In this document: positions 31,501-40,572 of the stretch, piece by piece
Position numbering within the stretch: position 1 is the stretch's first letter
Layout: the number at the start of each line of letters is the position of its first letter
Source: Alphaproteobacteria bacterium GM202ARS2
GTDB lineage: Bacteria; Pseudomonadota; Alphaproteobacteria; GM7ARS4
Assembly (NCBI GenBank): GCA_014323835.1
Contig: JACONH010000012.1
Location: 95,363 to 159,362, forward strand
Length of the DNA stretch: 64,000 bases
Reading direction: 5' to 3'
Notes under the pieces: model-generated
What the model was told of the DNA's origin: nothing
The model's input: only the letters and a program-made list of their open reading frames with translations
Database searches by the model: none
Made by a program: the position numbers and the translations under genes

Positions 31501-34500
31501 AAGGCTTACTCGACCTGATTAGCGGCGGCGGTGATGTCTCGGATGCGGCGGTGACCCTAGGAGAAAACTTTAACTTTGGTGGCATCAAGACCCTGCGTCA
31601 TTCTATCGCCCCAGAAGCAACCCTGAATGTTGTCAATACGGCAGGTATGGCATTACAACGGGATTCAAGTGGTCTCAGAGCTATTGTTAGCAGATCTGGG
31701 ACGAGAACGACAGCAGGAAGTGAAAGTTCCTTGAGATCGCTTATAGACAGGGATGAGTTTGTGGTTCAGCTACAGGATACTAACGTGTATCGTCATATTA
31801 CAGGTGCCGGGGCACCAGCATGGCAGACTCGCGGCAATGTCATTCTCTTCGATAACCGCATGGCTGCCGATAAAGATATACACACTGTCTTCGCGGCGCG
31901 GGCAGCCAACTATTTTGAAGGGTTGACGACCGATACCAATGCCGATGCCATCGACCCCATTGGTTTTAGGAATAGCGTCTGGCGTCTCGATGCTCGTGGT
32001 GGTGCTACTTTAGCGACTTCCAGCTTTACTCGTGACCTTGACGCCTACTTCTATGCACCGGGCACACAAAGCCCGGCTTTCGCCAATGTTAGATACGATA
32101 ATCTTTATATCGATCAGCCTAGGGGGAATAATGAGGTTTACACATTGCCCGGCGGCTTTTTCACTAGGCCCCCGCCCCTCGGCGGCACGTTTCCTCATCG
32201 TCCGCAGGGAGAGCAGTTAAGGAATCTCGTCATCGAAGGGCTGTATGGCACTGGCACACGGCTTTATCCGACTACTCGTGGGCGAGAGACGAGGCTCAGA
32301 TTAGTCGTTAATACCCTTAACGCCCGAACAGACACATACAAAATGGTGGACACATTTAGGCGTTTTGACAACAACGAGCTCAATGTGATTGATGCCATTA
32401 TTGACCTGATGAGACAGCGGGCGGCGACTCCCGATGTTGAGATGGATGCTTTGATTTTTGCTGCTGATGATGAAGCCAGCGATATTGGTTTGTTTGCGGG
32501 TTTACCGATTTATATCGACCGTATCCGTGCGACTCGCGATAGTGGCATTGACTCGCCGTTGCCTTACTATCTGGCGGTGGTGGCTGCTGAGGAAGGTGCG
32601 TGTGGGTGGACGGCGCGGGACTTCTGCATTACGGCACCGGGTTCGTATACGTATGCCGCCAGTGGTGCAACCTCGCTATCGACGGCGACCAGTGCCAACG
32701 CCGCGGCGGCGTTGGTGGCGGGTGGCGTTGCCCTGTTGCAAGAGATCTTTGACGGGCAGTTGGGGACGGCAGAAATCATTGCTCGTTTGAAGGCGACGGC
32801 TTCGCAGAACTTCGATGTGGACGACGATGGCAGTAATGACTATGTCGGCAATGAGGATATTCCCGATGCCGATGATGTCCGTGCCGGGCAGCGTCGTTTT
32901 GGGCATGGCTTGTTGGATTTGGCGTGTGCGACTCGTGCCAGTTTAACGCAGAGGCGTTGTCGCACCATTACGGTGAACAACGTGCTGTCGGATGACGCGC
33001 AAGCGTGTCTGAGGGCGAGGCAGGGCTTTGATGGCTCGGCTTGTATTACGTCTCCGGTCAGCCAAGCGGATTGTGACCTTTTGAATGCAACATTTTCCAA
33101 TGGTCAGTGCATGGCACCGAGAGCCCCTCGGGTTGTGCGTGGTAACCGTCAAACGTGTCTGTCGTCGGGGCGGGGCTTTGATGGCACGAACTGCATTGCT
33201 ATCCCTGTCGTGCAGGAGCATTGTGACCCGCTGAATGCGATATTGGCTAGGGGTAATCGTTGTGTTGCGCCGGGTGGTGCTCCTGCGGTTATTCTTGGCA
33301 ATCGCGACAGCGAAGCCGATGTTGTGGCTCTGTTCGAAACGTCCGCACCGTCCTTTAGTGCGGGGGTGACGAACGTACAGAGACTCGCACGGGAATATCA
33401 GAATCAGCCGAGTTTCCGCACCATTGGCGTTGCCGATGCTTATGCCCGCGGTTCCGAGCGCGTCACTTATGGTAGCAGAACCGACAGATTGATGTTGCAT
33501 GATTTGAATCTGGGACAGGGGGCGCGGATAAGTTATATCACCAACTCGCGCTTTGACCCGAGTCATCCTGAGTTCACCCGGGATGCTTATGTCACCGCTG
33601 AGAACAACCACGTCAGAACTGTGCAGGTGATAGACCCTGTTACGATGATGCCTATGATGGAGACGGTGATAGACCCGGATACGATGACGGAAGTGACACG
33701 AGTCGTAACTCGAGACATCATCACCGAGCTGAGCAAGACGTATGGGGCAGAAAGCAACATTGCTCACCATGGGATTCATATCGAAACTGCCTTTTTGACA
33801 CCGAGGGAAGGTGAGCCTGATATTAGCACGCTTATTGGTGGCATTGATGCGGCGGATATGGGTGTGATGGCGTTGATTAATGGGCTTGTCAATCCGTCGG
33901 GGAGCACCGATGCGGCGACTTATGCCAGCAATACCCATGGTGTTGCACCGGGGGCGCGCTTGGAGGTGTTTACGATACCGCACTTAGGCTTCTATTCGCA
34001 TGGCGCCTTCCGTGTGAATGAACAGACGTTGGTGCGTAGGGCTCGTGGTGCTGATCCTTCGGGTAATAACAATAATTTCCGTAACATTGTTGTGTTTAGT
34101 AACGAGATGATTAGAGAGGAGGCTGAGATTCATCCAGTGACCATGAGGAATCTTATTGAGGTGGTGGACGATAGAACAGACGGCAGGTTCGGTTCGACCG
34201 GGCATATTCCTCTTACAAACCCAGAAGGCGGAGACCCAAGAGATACAGTCGTCGGCTACGATACGACATTTAGAACTTTGGTTGAGAACGTCCGTGCCCC
34301 GCATCGAACTCGCAGTGACATACGGCAAGCCCAAGATATATACGTGTTTGCGGCGTTGGATGGTCGTGGCGATACTCGTGATAGTTCGGGTATCAAGGCG
34401 GGTTTCAATGATGCCGGTTTATTTGCCTCGCTGGTAGCGGCATCGCGTCCTAACAATGACGATGGCACGTTGGGTCGGGCGGTTTTTGCCGATTATAGTC

Positions 34501-37500
34501 TGGTTGTGGTGGCGGCGGAGCGTTATCAGACCTACGATAGTGCCAGCTCGTGGGCGGAGAACTCGCCTTGTGGTGGTTTGGTGCAGACCCTCTGTATCGC
34601 TGCCCCGGGTGTGTATCGTTATCGCGACCGTGATGATGATGGCAACTATGAGACAAGCCTAAGCACGGGCTCTAGTGCGAATGCCGCGGCGGCACTGGTT
34701 GCGGGCGGTGTTGCCTTGCTCGAGAGCTTGTTTGGCGACCAGCTTACGTCGGATAGGTTGGTGGTGCGTTTGCTTGCGACAGCCAGCCAAGACTTTGACT
34801 TGAGCGGACAGGGTGGCAATACGCTAGACGGCAATAACGACTATGTGGATGAGACAAACGGCTTAACGAAGGAAGAGCGTTTTGGCGTTGGCTTGCTCGA
34901 CCTCGAGTGTGCGACTCGTCCGATTGTATCGGGGGATACGCCTCGTTGTCGTGGTGGTGTGGCTCGTGGCACGCCTTCGTCTTGTTTGTCGGCGGGTCAG
35001 GGTTATCGTGATACGGGCGGAGGCTCGTGTGTATCGGGCGTGTCGTTGCGGGCTGAGGATTGCACGCGGGCGGGTGGTTTGTTTGATATCCGTCAATCCC
35101 CGCCGCGCTGTGTGACTCGAGTATCCTGTGGGGCGGACACGGACGAAATAACGGGTCGTTGTGTGATTCCTGAGCCCTCGCCGTTGGTGTGTGGCGCGCA
35201 GGGCGAATTCTACCACGCCAGCAGTGGCAGCTGTGTCACCAATTGTCGAGGCACCACCACGCCGCTGGTGAATGTGGCAGGCAATACGTGTGTGAATGCT
35301 TGTGTGGGCGGTGTCCGTGATAGGGTGACGAATACCTGTGTGGCGGCAACGATAGTGGATGTTGGGGTAACGGGTATCAGCACGCGGAATGCGGCTTTGA
35401 ACTTGTTTGTAGGCGACCCGAGCGAATCGAGCGCGGCGCAACAGGTCAAGGATATTCGTAGCGAGTATCAGGCACAGCCGTCACTAGGGATGGTGGGTGC
35501 CGCGCAGGCGTATGTCAGTCAGTTGGGTGCAAGTGACTCTATCGCGAACTTGGGTGAACTGGCGTTGGGACGCGGCAGTAACATTCGAGTTATAACCAAC
35601 GTGCGTTTTGACCCGAATCACCCTGAGTTTGCCTCGTCACTGCCGGGAGTGGACTTTAGAACGTTGACACGTTTTCTGGTGACACCCACCTCAGGCAATG
35701 AATTCACAGCCAACCGTCCGGATCTGGTTCGCTCCAGTGTCTTCCCTCGTGATAGTGGCAACACGGTCGAGTTCTATAGTGCTGGGGTGGGGACGGGCAA
35801 TGCTCGCTTTACCATTGCTATAGACCTGACGGGTGGTAATCCCGGCTCAACAGCAACAAGCCCGTTTGAAGACCTGTCACTGACGGAAGCTGCTGCTTTA
35901 GCGGCGTCGAATGTCGACTTAGTCGCCCTACAGACACTCTTTAGGAGTCTCTTTGCTGCTTCCCCGACGGTGGTCGACTTGACAATTCAAGGGGCGGCGT
36001 CGGCTAACTTACGCCTTGAGACTTTGCCGGGTCGCTACGTGATTAACTTGAACTCGGATGCCACGATGGGATTCCAGCATATCGGGCGAGTCTATGAGGA
36101 TGGCAGTAACATTGGCTCGTATCAAATTGTTATCGACCCAGCCACTGCGGTGCGGGATGCTGGTGATGAAGGCGAATGTGTCGTCAATGAAGATTGCTAT
36201 GCTTCAGGGGTGCCGGCTATTGCGAGCGGGGCAGAGATGGGTGTGTTGGCTCTGATTAACGGCTTATTGGATGGTCAAGGGGGTGCGGGTAACACCCATG
36301 GTATCGCGCCGGCGGCAACGTTGAATGTGTATACCGGCGCGCAAGTGGGTGCGACTGGCGATAACTATTTGGACTTGGTCTATCGTGCTCGGGGTATCGA
36401 TGTGGGACGGGATATCAACGCTGACGATGCCGTTGTAGGAGATGACGACCGCAACATTGTTATCATCCAGAGCGATATGTTGCGTAACTTGGCGAGCGGT
36501 GCCACCGTCCCTGATCCTTCTACGGGTATTACCAATCTCCGTAGCAATAATTCGGCAGTGGATAACTTCTACAAAGCCTTAGAGGTGGGTGCGGCGGATA
36601 CCGCAACGCAGGATGCCTTTATCTTTGTTGCTGATGATGCCCACCGAGCCGATGACGACCCGAACAAAGGCTATGCTGGCTACGTTGAGACACTTGGTGT
36701 GATTAATAGTATGCAGACCCTCTACAACTATAGCCTTCTGGTGGTGGCTGCCGAAGACGGACAGGTTGGCTGTGCCGCACCTCGTCTTGGGTCTGCCTTA
36801 GACGACCTTAGGCGTGCCTGCATCGCTGCCCCGGGGACGTATCGCTACCGCACCCGTAACTCTACCGATGGGACGTATAACGATGCACTAGCAACCGCTA
36901 TCAGTGGCGATGCCGCGGCATCGTTGGTTGCCGGTGGCTTGGCTCTGTTGGAGTCGATATTCCCGACCGAGAACACCTCTCGTTTGATTGATAGGTTGTT
37001 GATGACGGCATCGCAGAACTTCGATATCGATAATGACGACCTCAACGATTACGATGTTAACCAACACGGACAAGGGCTGATGGACTTAGAGTGTGCGGTG
37101 CGTCCCGCGCTTATGAGCGGCACGCTGGCTCGCACGGGTTGCACGGATAGGTTTGCGAGTGGTATTCCCGACCCGACTCCGCCGTCGCAGAATGCGCCGT
37201 TACCGCGCCCGCCTTCACAGAACGCTGAGCCTGTCGGTGAGTCGCAAGGGGAGCGCGCCGATACCGGCGGTGTCGAGTATTGTCATATTGATGGTTTGCG
37301 GATTATTTTGTCTGGTGATTTATGTTCGGACGATTATATATTGCTGGCGGACAGCGAGGGCGAGGTCAATCCTGATGCGATAGGTAACTTGCGGTTTGGC
37401 ATGGGCTTTGGCGATGCTTTATCGGGCAGTGCTTTTGGTGGCATTACGTTCTTTGATGCTTTTGATACGGCGTGGACGATAGACAATCCGTATAATCCGT

Positions 37501-38654
37501 ATGCGCAGCTGTTGGACTTTGGCAGTATTGTGATTGCGCCGATTGAGTCTCGTTTTGACATTGAGGATAGGTTCTATGCGATGCGTTATGGCACGCGTCC
37601 GGGCACGCGTAAGACGTGGAATAGTGATACGGCGAATATCACGATGGACTTTGCTACGCAGGGCATGGCGACCAAGCCTTATGCGGTCACTCGGGGTCAA
37701 ATCCGCAACACGATAACCCATGATAATGTGGGTGCTGACCCGTATGCGGATGTGCGCTTTATGTTGTCGGCGGAGGACAACGTGGGCATTGGCAGGCTGA
37801 AGGTTATGGCGTATTCGGGCATGGCGATGGGGTATGCTTTGGGCTTGCATGCGCAGGGCGATGCGATGATGCCGAGTTATTTGCTGACGAACCGTGATTC
37901 CTTCCATGCGCCGTATTTGTCGTTGGCGAGCAGTGGCTTAGGTGGTGGTATGACGTATCGATTCCGTGATGGTGGTCATATTGGTTTTGTGATGGGTGAG
38001 GGCACGAGTTTGAATGCGGATGGCACTTTGCCGTATCAGCAGCAGACGCGTCGTCCTAGGGCTTTTGCTGGCATGATGGAGTATGCCCCGCATGGCAATT
38101 TGATGTTCCATGTGGGTGTTTTGCAGGAGCAGAGCACGTTGTTGGCATCGCAGGGTTCGGGTTTGTTTGCGTTGCAGGGTGGCACAACGGCGTTCTTTGG
38201 CATGCAAGCCAAGCAGCCGTTGGGTGACAACTGGCAGGCGTTGGTGAGTGGTTATGGGGGTCGCACGCAGATGGCTCGCACGAGTGGCATTGTGTCAGGC
38301 TTGGATGTGGTGACGTCATCCTTTGATGTGGGCTTGTTGGGCTCGCATGTGTTAGAGAAGGGCGACCATGTGTTGTTCCGTGCGGGACAGCCTATGCGGG
38401 TAGAGTCGGGCACGTTGGACTTGTCCTATGTATCGTTCCGCAACAAAGCGCGGGGCTCGGTGGGCAATGTGCAGAGCTTGGATGTTGCACCAAGCATGCG
38501 CTCGGTGGAATTCGGCGTGGGCTATGGCTTACCCATAGGCACAAACGGAAGCACGGGACACATGCGATTCGCTATCGACTATGTCCTCAACCCGGGACAC
38601 CGCAACGTCCAAGACGAAGTCTTCGGTATCATGTCCTTCAGAAGAGAATTCTAG
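28509..38654 (+). CDS. giant surface protein paralog (3381 aa). It has a lipoprotein-type signal, three subtilase(S8)-like modules, Cys-rich repeats and a C-terminal autotransporter-like beta-domain.
   Basis: GGGGAGGG SD 6 nt before the ATG. The signal/lipobox is ...IAVFVLLVGACDSG, followed by TPTDPTTPTDPGTTDPG. Three modules carry the YANQPS / RFDPSHPEF / NTHGVAPGA / APG / SANAAAALVAGG motifs. The C-terminal ~520 aa are near-identical to 26900..28497 and end in GIMSFRREF. Confidence 0.75.
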   Translation: MNTSTTHTATTQTGRKTTMTLLTGFCNTLRNIGIAVFVLLVGACDSGTEFSPSREVPFARSGGSGGVTPTDPTTPTDPGTTDPGTVDPSRGGLVAASICATPYEGLPQGMTEASQCVRLNAPSLDENGNIVTNRDGTEVPRYRDDGISRESLCYRAGRNDEPLVYDHSTVSCVRAFQGCPDGQGVIQALGNNEQSGLGRRCSGQTPENIQTISTVVVGIASGDDADARQGKIDAAITAERMANPDVDLINVVEVFYDSTDDGTAQANKLQAVTNKVNGAPLVDGEARFIFRTVAVGIEPTDTPAERLAKVKAAITAERATLPSGGGGETALNANSIINVIEVFYDDGDSDAEKERKVAEAMRDEAQGNRFEHQLLFVTVAVGIEPDDTQAMREDKIRDAINARRAEVPNALAIVAVPVFHEADDTDDEKNAALAAALAEAVRGDNQEATALRKKYGSYTADMCSAGGRLLTVRGTGADALTGTGCTNLCADGTFVGDGGGSRSAGICYNDVACTASGGGRAERGSGACIAASPESCYGVSRAGSEGVAAVSYFFTNSRCIHNGCIDDISLVRATSATRGTSTCTTVRECYNQHGRTLTGNRCVASSRLCLRRGGRGFDGDRCVAASEDSCGGGLAFYYEGQCLRATCGERNEIPDARRFDKCISEANCTSDRSAALAQSGEICVSKQQGCPTGQGVNGERCTETVNAATCADAGRFVDVRGGGGARCFNTCAGREVIAGNVCLVDTCAADEVYSPTSFQCVDIDSDADTAATQCQAVGLVANVANSRCVERCSGNTRIATTGTPRCVTDVTRSSCLSNNQAFDRATGECVTADLDTCAATGAFYDGSACVEFGNNATMITTIRGTDDAAADGVDGKQSAALAALREAIAAVDDADIGSTQDVTTTVDDDDDPNTPEVPMDFFGNGADLLLLQASASDTPTRTMLLNRLRVAYANQPSLDQVGAVFAHHVGDSGRTYGFGSTVSYFAPIPTSDREGSDQGLLDLISGGGDVSDAAVTLGENFNFGGIKTLRHSIAPEATLNVVNTAGMALQRDSSGLRAIVSRSGTRTTAGSESSLRSLIDRDEFVVQLQDTNVYRHITGAGAPAWQTRGNVILFDNRMAADKDIHTVFAARAANYFEGLTTDTNADAIDPIGFRNSVWRLDARGGATLATSSFTRDLDAYFYAPGTQSPAFANVRYDNLYIDQPRGNNEVYTLPGGFFTRPPPLGGTFPHRPQGEQLRNLVIEGLYGTGTRLYPTTRGRETRLRLVVNTLNARTDTYKMVDTFRRFDNNELNVIDAIIDLMRQRAATPDVEMDALIFAADDEASDIGLFAGLPIYIDRIRATRDSGIDSPLPYYLAVVAAEEGACGWTARDFCITAPGSYTYAASGATSLSTATSANAAAALVAGGVALLQEIFDGQLGTAEIIARLKATASQNFDVDDDGSNDYVGNEDIPDADDVRAGQRRFGHGLLDLACATRASLTQRRCRTITVNNVLSDDAQACLRARQGFDGSACITSPVSQADCDLLNATFSNGQCMAPRAPRVVRGNRQTCLSSGRGFDGTNCIAIPVVQEHCDPLNAILARGNRCVAPGGAPAVILGNRDSEADVVALFETSAPSFSAGVTNVQRLAREYQNQPSFRTIGVADAYARGSERVTYGSRTDRLMLHDLNLGQGARISYITNSRFDPSHPEFTRDAYVTAENNHVRTVQVIDPVTMMPMMETVIDPDTMTEVTRVVTRDIITELSKTYGAESNIAHHGIHIETAFLTPREGEPDISTLIGGIDAADMGVMALINGLVNPSGSTDAATYASNTHGVAPGARLEVFTIPHLGFYSHGAFRVNEQTLVRRARGADPSGNNNNFRNIVVFSNEMIREEAEIHPVTMRNLIEVVDDRTDGRFGSTGHIPLTNPEGGDPRDTVVGYDTTFRTLVENVRAPHRTRSDIRQAQDIYVFAALDGRGDTRDSSGIKAGFNDAGLFASLVAASRPNNDDGTLGRAVFADYSLVVVAAERYQTYDSASSWAENSPCGGLVQTLCIAAPGVYRYRDRDDDGNYETSLSTGSSANAAAALVAGGVALLESLFGDQLTSDRLVVRLLATASQDFDLSGQGGNTLDGNNDYVDETNGLTKEERFGVGLLDLECATRPIVSGDTPRCRGGVARGTPSSCLSAGQGYRDTGGGSCVSGVSLRAEDCTRAGGLFDIRQSPPRCVTRVSCGADTDEITGRCVIPEPSPLVCGAQGEFYHASSGSCVTNCRGTTTPLVNVAGNTCVNACVGGVRDRVTNTCVAATIVDVGVTGISTRNAALNLFVGDPSESSAAQQVKDIRSEYQAQPSLGMVGAAQAYVSQLGASDSIANLGELALGRGSNIRVITNVRFDPNHPEFASSLPGVDFRTLTRFLVTPTSGNEFTANRPDLVRSSVFPRDSGNTVEFYSAGVGTGNARFTIAIDLTGGNPGSTATSPFEDLSLTEAAALAASNVDLVALQTLFRSLFAASPTVVDLTIQGAASANLRLETLPGRYVINLNSDATMGFQHIGRVYEDGSNIGSYQIVIDPATAVRDAGDEGECVVNEDCYASGVPAIASGAEMGVLALINGLLDGQGGAGNTHGIAPAATLNVYTGAQVGATGDNYLDLVYRARGIDVGRDINADDAVVGDDDRNIVIIQSDMLRNLASGATVPDPSTGITNLRSNNSAVDNFYKALEVGAADTATQDAFIFVADDAHRADDDPNKGYAGYVETLGVINSMQTLYNYSLLVVAAEDGQVGCAAPRLGSALDDLRRACIAAPGTYRYRTRNSTDGTYNDALATAISGDAAASLVAGGLALLESIFPTENTSRLIDRLLMTASQNFDIDNDDLNDYDVNQHGQGLMDLECAVRPALMSGTLARTGCTDRFASGIPDPTPPSQNAPLPRPPSQNAEPVGESQGERADTGGVEYCHIDGLRIILSGDLCSDDYILLADSEGEVNPDAIGNLRFGMGFGDALSGSAFGGITFFDAFDTAWTIDNPYNPYAQLLDFGSIVIAPIESRFDIEDRFYAMRYGTRPGTRKTWNSDTANITMDFATQGMATKPYAVTRGQIRNTITHDNVGADPYADVRFMLSAEDNVGIGRLKVMAYSGMAMGYALGLHAQGDAMMPSYLLTNRDSFHAPYLSLASSGLGGGMTYRFRDGGHIGFVMGEGTSLNADGTLPYQQQTRRPRAFAGMMEYAPHGNLMFHVGVLQEQSTLLASQGSGLFALQGGTTAFFGMQAKQPLGDNWQALVSGYGGRTQMARTSGIVSGLDVVTSSFDVGLLGSHVLEKGDHVLFRAGQPMRVESGTLDLSYVSFRNKARGSVGNVQSLDVAPSMRSVEFGVGYGLPIGTNGSTGHMRFAIDYVLNPGHRNVQDEVFGIMSFRREF

Positions 38655-38657
38655 GGT

Positions 38658-39404
38658 GTGAAGGCTCAAGATTATGCCAGAGAAGGAGAAAATATAGCCG
38701 AAGGTATAAGCTCAATCATCGATTCAAACTTTAAGGATCAGGAGTGGAACAAGACGTTCGCTCGTGTCCTACAGGCACAACTCAAGCAAGCACGCAAAAT
38801 AGGCGGAGAATTACGACTCCGCCTATACGGCTCGAACGAAAAAGAAAATAAAGAAGCACAATACGATATACAAAGTATGGCAAACCAGCTCATCCCTGCG
38901 GATTGGGTCAATAAAAGTAACGAGTGTGGAACGATACACACTCGTAGAATCAGGGGCAGACAATGGCACAGATTCATTAGACAAAACAGCACAATCAAAG
39001 TAGATGACTTGCAAAATCCTATCAACGTAACAGCTGGGGACTCGTTGATTTTTACCGCAGAAAATGAAATTTACGATACCATGCACGAATTCGTTCACAG
39101 ACTACAAAACGTCTTCCCTGACATTCAAGAGATGTTTCAAAGTATCCACGACCAGCGAACTGCTCACGAAGACATAGATTATCTTTATCACGACGGGCAT
39201 GAAGTTGGCAAAAAGGACGATTACATTAACGCATATTTTGGCAGAGTCTATCCACATGGGGGCGCGCTCGAACTTTGGCCTATGTGTTGCCAATCAATCA
39301 TGGGGCATTTATTAGATGACTTGTATTGCCAACGCTTTTTCCTTGAAAAAGACCCCGAATTAGCTTACATAACCATAGGCGTTCTTTTTTGTTTCGAAGG
39401 GTAA
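38658..39404 (+). CDS. hypothetical protein with an HExxH motif (possible zinc-dependent hydrolase)
   Basis: 248-aa ORF starting at GTG 4 nt after the giant-gene stop, in an AT-rich patch. It contains MHEFVHRLQ (HExxH) and several Cys/His downstream. No family could be assigned by eye. Confidence 0.45.
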   Translation: MKAQDYAREGENIAEGISSIIDSNFKDQEWNKTFARVLQAQLKQARKIGGELRLRLYGSNEKENKEAQYDIQSMANQLIPADWVNKSNECGTIHTRRIRGRQWHRFIRQNSTIKVDDLQNPINVTAGDSLIFTAENEIYDTMHEFVHRLQNVFPDIQEMFQSIHDQRTAHEDIDYLYHDGHEVGKKDDYINAYFGRVYPHGGALELWPMCCQSIMGHLLDDLYCQRFFLEKDPELAYITIGVLFCFEG

Positions 39405-39410
39405 AAAGAG

Positions 39411-39740
39411 ATGGCACAACATCAATTCAAAATCCAAAGAAACGGGCACGACTGGTCTGTCGTATGGGACGACAAAACCCAACGATTCACGGGCGACCAT
39501 CCCAAAATCGATACAATGAACCGCTTGCTCGATAATCCGCCAGGTGACTACTACGCGGGCGTCTTCCCGCCCATAGGGTGCTACCAACCAAAAACCGACA
39601 AAGCCGACCTCATGGGTCTGTTGTGCATCGCCCTCAACATTTACACAGAGAACCCCACAATCAATACACCGCCCGCCTTCAAAGACGTACGAACCCGCTA
39701 CCCAAAAAGCTTCAAATTCAACCCCAACGTCGAATACTAA
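39411..39740 (+). CDS. hypothetical protein
   Basis: 109-aa ORF 6 nt after the previous stop, in the same AT-rich cassette. No recognisable motif. Confidence 0.4.
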   Translation: MAQHQFKIQRNGHDWSVVWDDKTQRFTGDHPKIDTMNRLLDNPPGDYYAGVFPPIGCYQPKTDKADLMGLLCIALNIYTENPTINTPPAFKDVRTRYPKSFKFNPNVEY

Positions 39741-39821
39741 ACGTTTGTAAAAGGGTTGCCATCGTTGCGATAATCAACCATATTACACGTAGGGGGCAAC
39801 GTAACCTAGGGAGCTATCGAC

Positions 39822-40160
39822 ATGGCACTGACACCCCCCGCCGCTGACGCACACGACCGCATGATCGAAGAAAACTTCGATGCTCTGCAAAAAATGCTAC
39901 CGACCCTGATGCAAAAAGAAGCAGGAAGGTATGCCCTTATGCGCGACTGCAAGCTTGTCGAGACGTTCACAGGTGCCACTGACGCGCAAAAATATGCCTC
40001 CGTGATATATGACGATGACAACTACAGCGTGCACAAAATTACAGATGCTCCCGTAGTTGTTCCTACTGTGTGGCGTGTGAGCAACAAGCCAAAAAAAGTA
40101 AGAATTGTTATCACCCCCCCAGTTGGTCCCGTCGTTATTACTCGTATGTTGGGTGTGTAG
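39822..40160 (+). CDS. hypothetical protein
   Basis: 112 aa. GGGAG lies 9 nt upstream of the ATG. Its TAG stop is directly abutted by the ATG of the next ORF. Confidence 0.45.
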   Translation: MALTPPAADAHDRMIEENFDALQKMLPTLMQKEAGRYALMRDCKLVETFTGATDAQKYASVIYDDDNYSVHKITDAPVVVPTVWRVSNKPKKVRIVITPPVGPVVITRMLGV

Positions 40161-40556
40161 ATGCCTCTGCTAAAACTTAAATTTGACCCAAAAGTTGGTG
40201 CCATCATACCTGTTGTTTTAGAGTATAAGGATGAAGGTGAAAAAAAATCTCACAAGACACGCGCTTTGATTGATACGGGGGCGAGTTCGACATGTGTAAG
40301 CGGTCGTCTTATAAAAACATTAGGGTTGTCGCCTGATGAGGAGACGGTACCTATAACAGGGACGACGGGAAAGATGGAGTCTAGAACATTTTCTGTTGAT
40401 ATTGTTCTTGCTATTGATATTGAAGAATTTAGTTTCGGGTGCCAACTTGTTGAGTATAACGAAACATCGCCCACATACGATATTTTGTTAGGGCGAGATA
40501 TCCTACAGCACTTTCTACTCCAGACTCATGGAAGCGATGGGCTCATCGGCTATTAG
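40161..40556 (+). CDS. retropepsin-like (clan AA) aspartic protease domain protein
   Basis: 131 aa. ALIDTGASSTCVS carries the D-T-G-A active-site signature of the retroviral-type aspartyl protease fold. The C-terminal ILLGRDILQHF resembles the conserved ILGxDxL flap/dimer segment. Confidence 0.6.
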   Translation: MPLLKLKFDPKVGAIIPVVLEYKDEGEKKSHKTRALIDTGASSTCVSGRLIKTLGLSPDEETVPITGTTGKMESRTFSVDIVLAIDIEEFSFGCQLVEYNETSPTYDILLGRDILQHFLLQTHGSDGLIGY

Positions 40557-40572
40557 GCTACCCCCCCCCACC

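Noticed and set aside
10029-33983. Long minus-strand ORFs inside the giant genes (10029..11051, 14493..15332, 15513..16478, 18294..19208, 20520..21539, 29805..31139, 32943..33983)
   Set aside because: They are antisense to a coherent, motif-rich '+' reading frame and are Arg/Thr/His/Ile-rich low-complexity. This is typical of the opposite strand of GC-rich coding DNA.
9051-38654. Calling the modules active subtilisin-like serine proteases
   Set aside because: The Asp-motif position reads VITNRRFD, with T or N where the DTG Asp should be. The His is not at the canonical distance from the VAPxAxL block. Only fold-level similarity is supportable.
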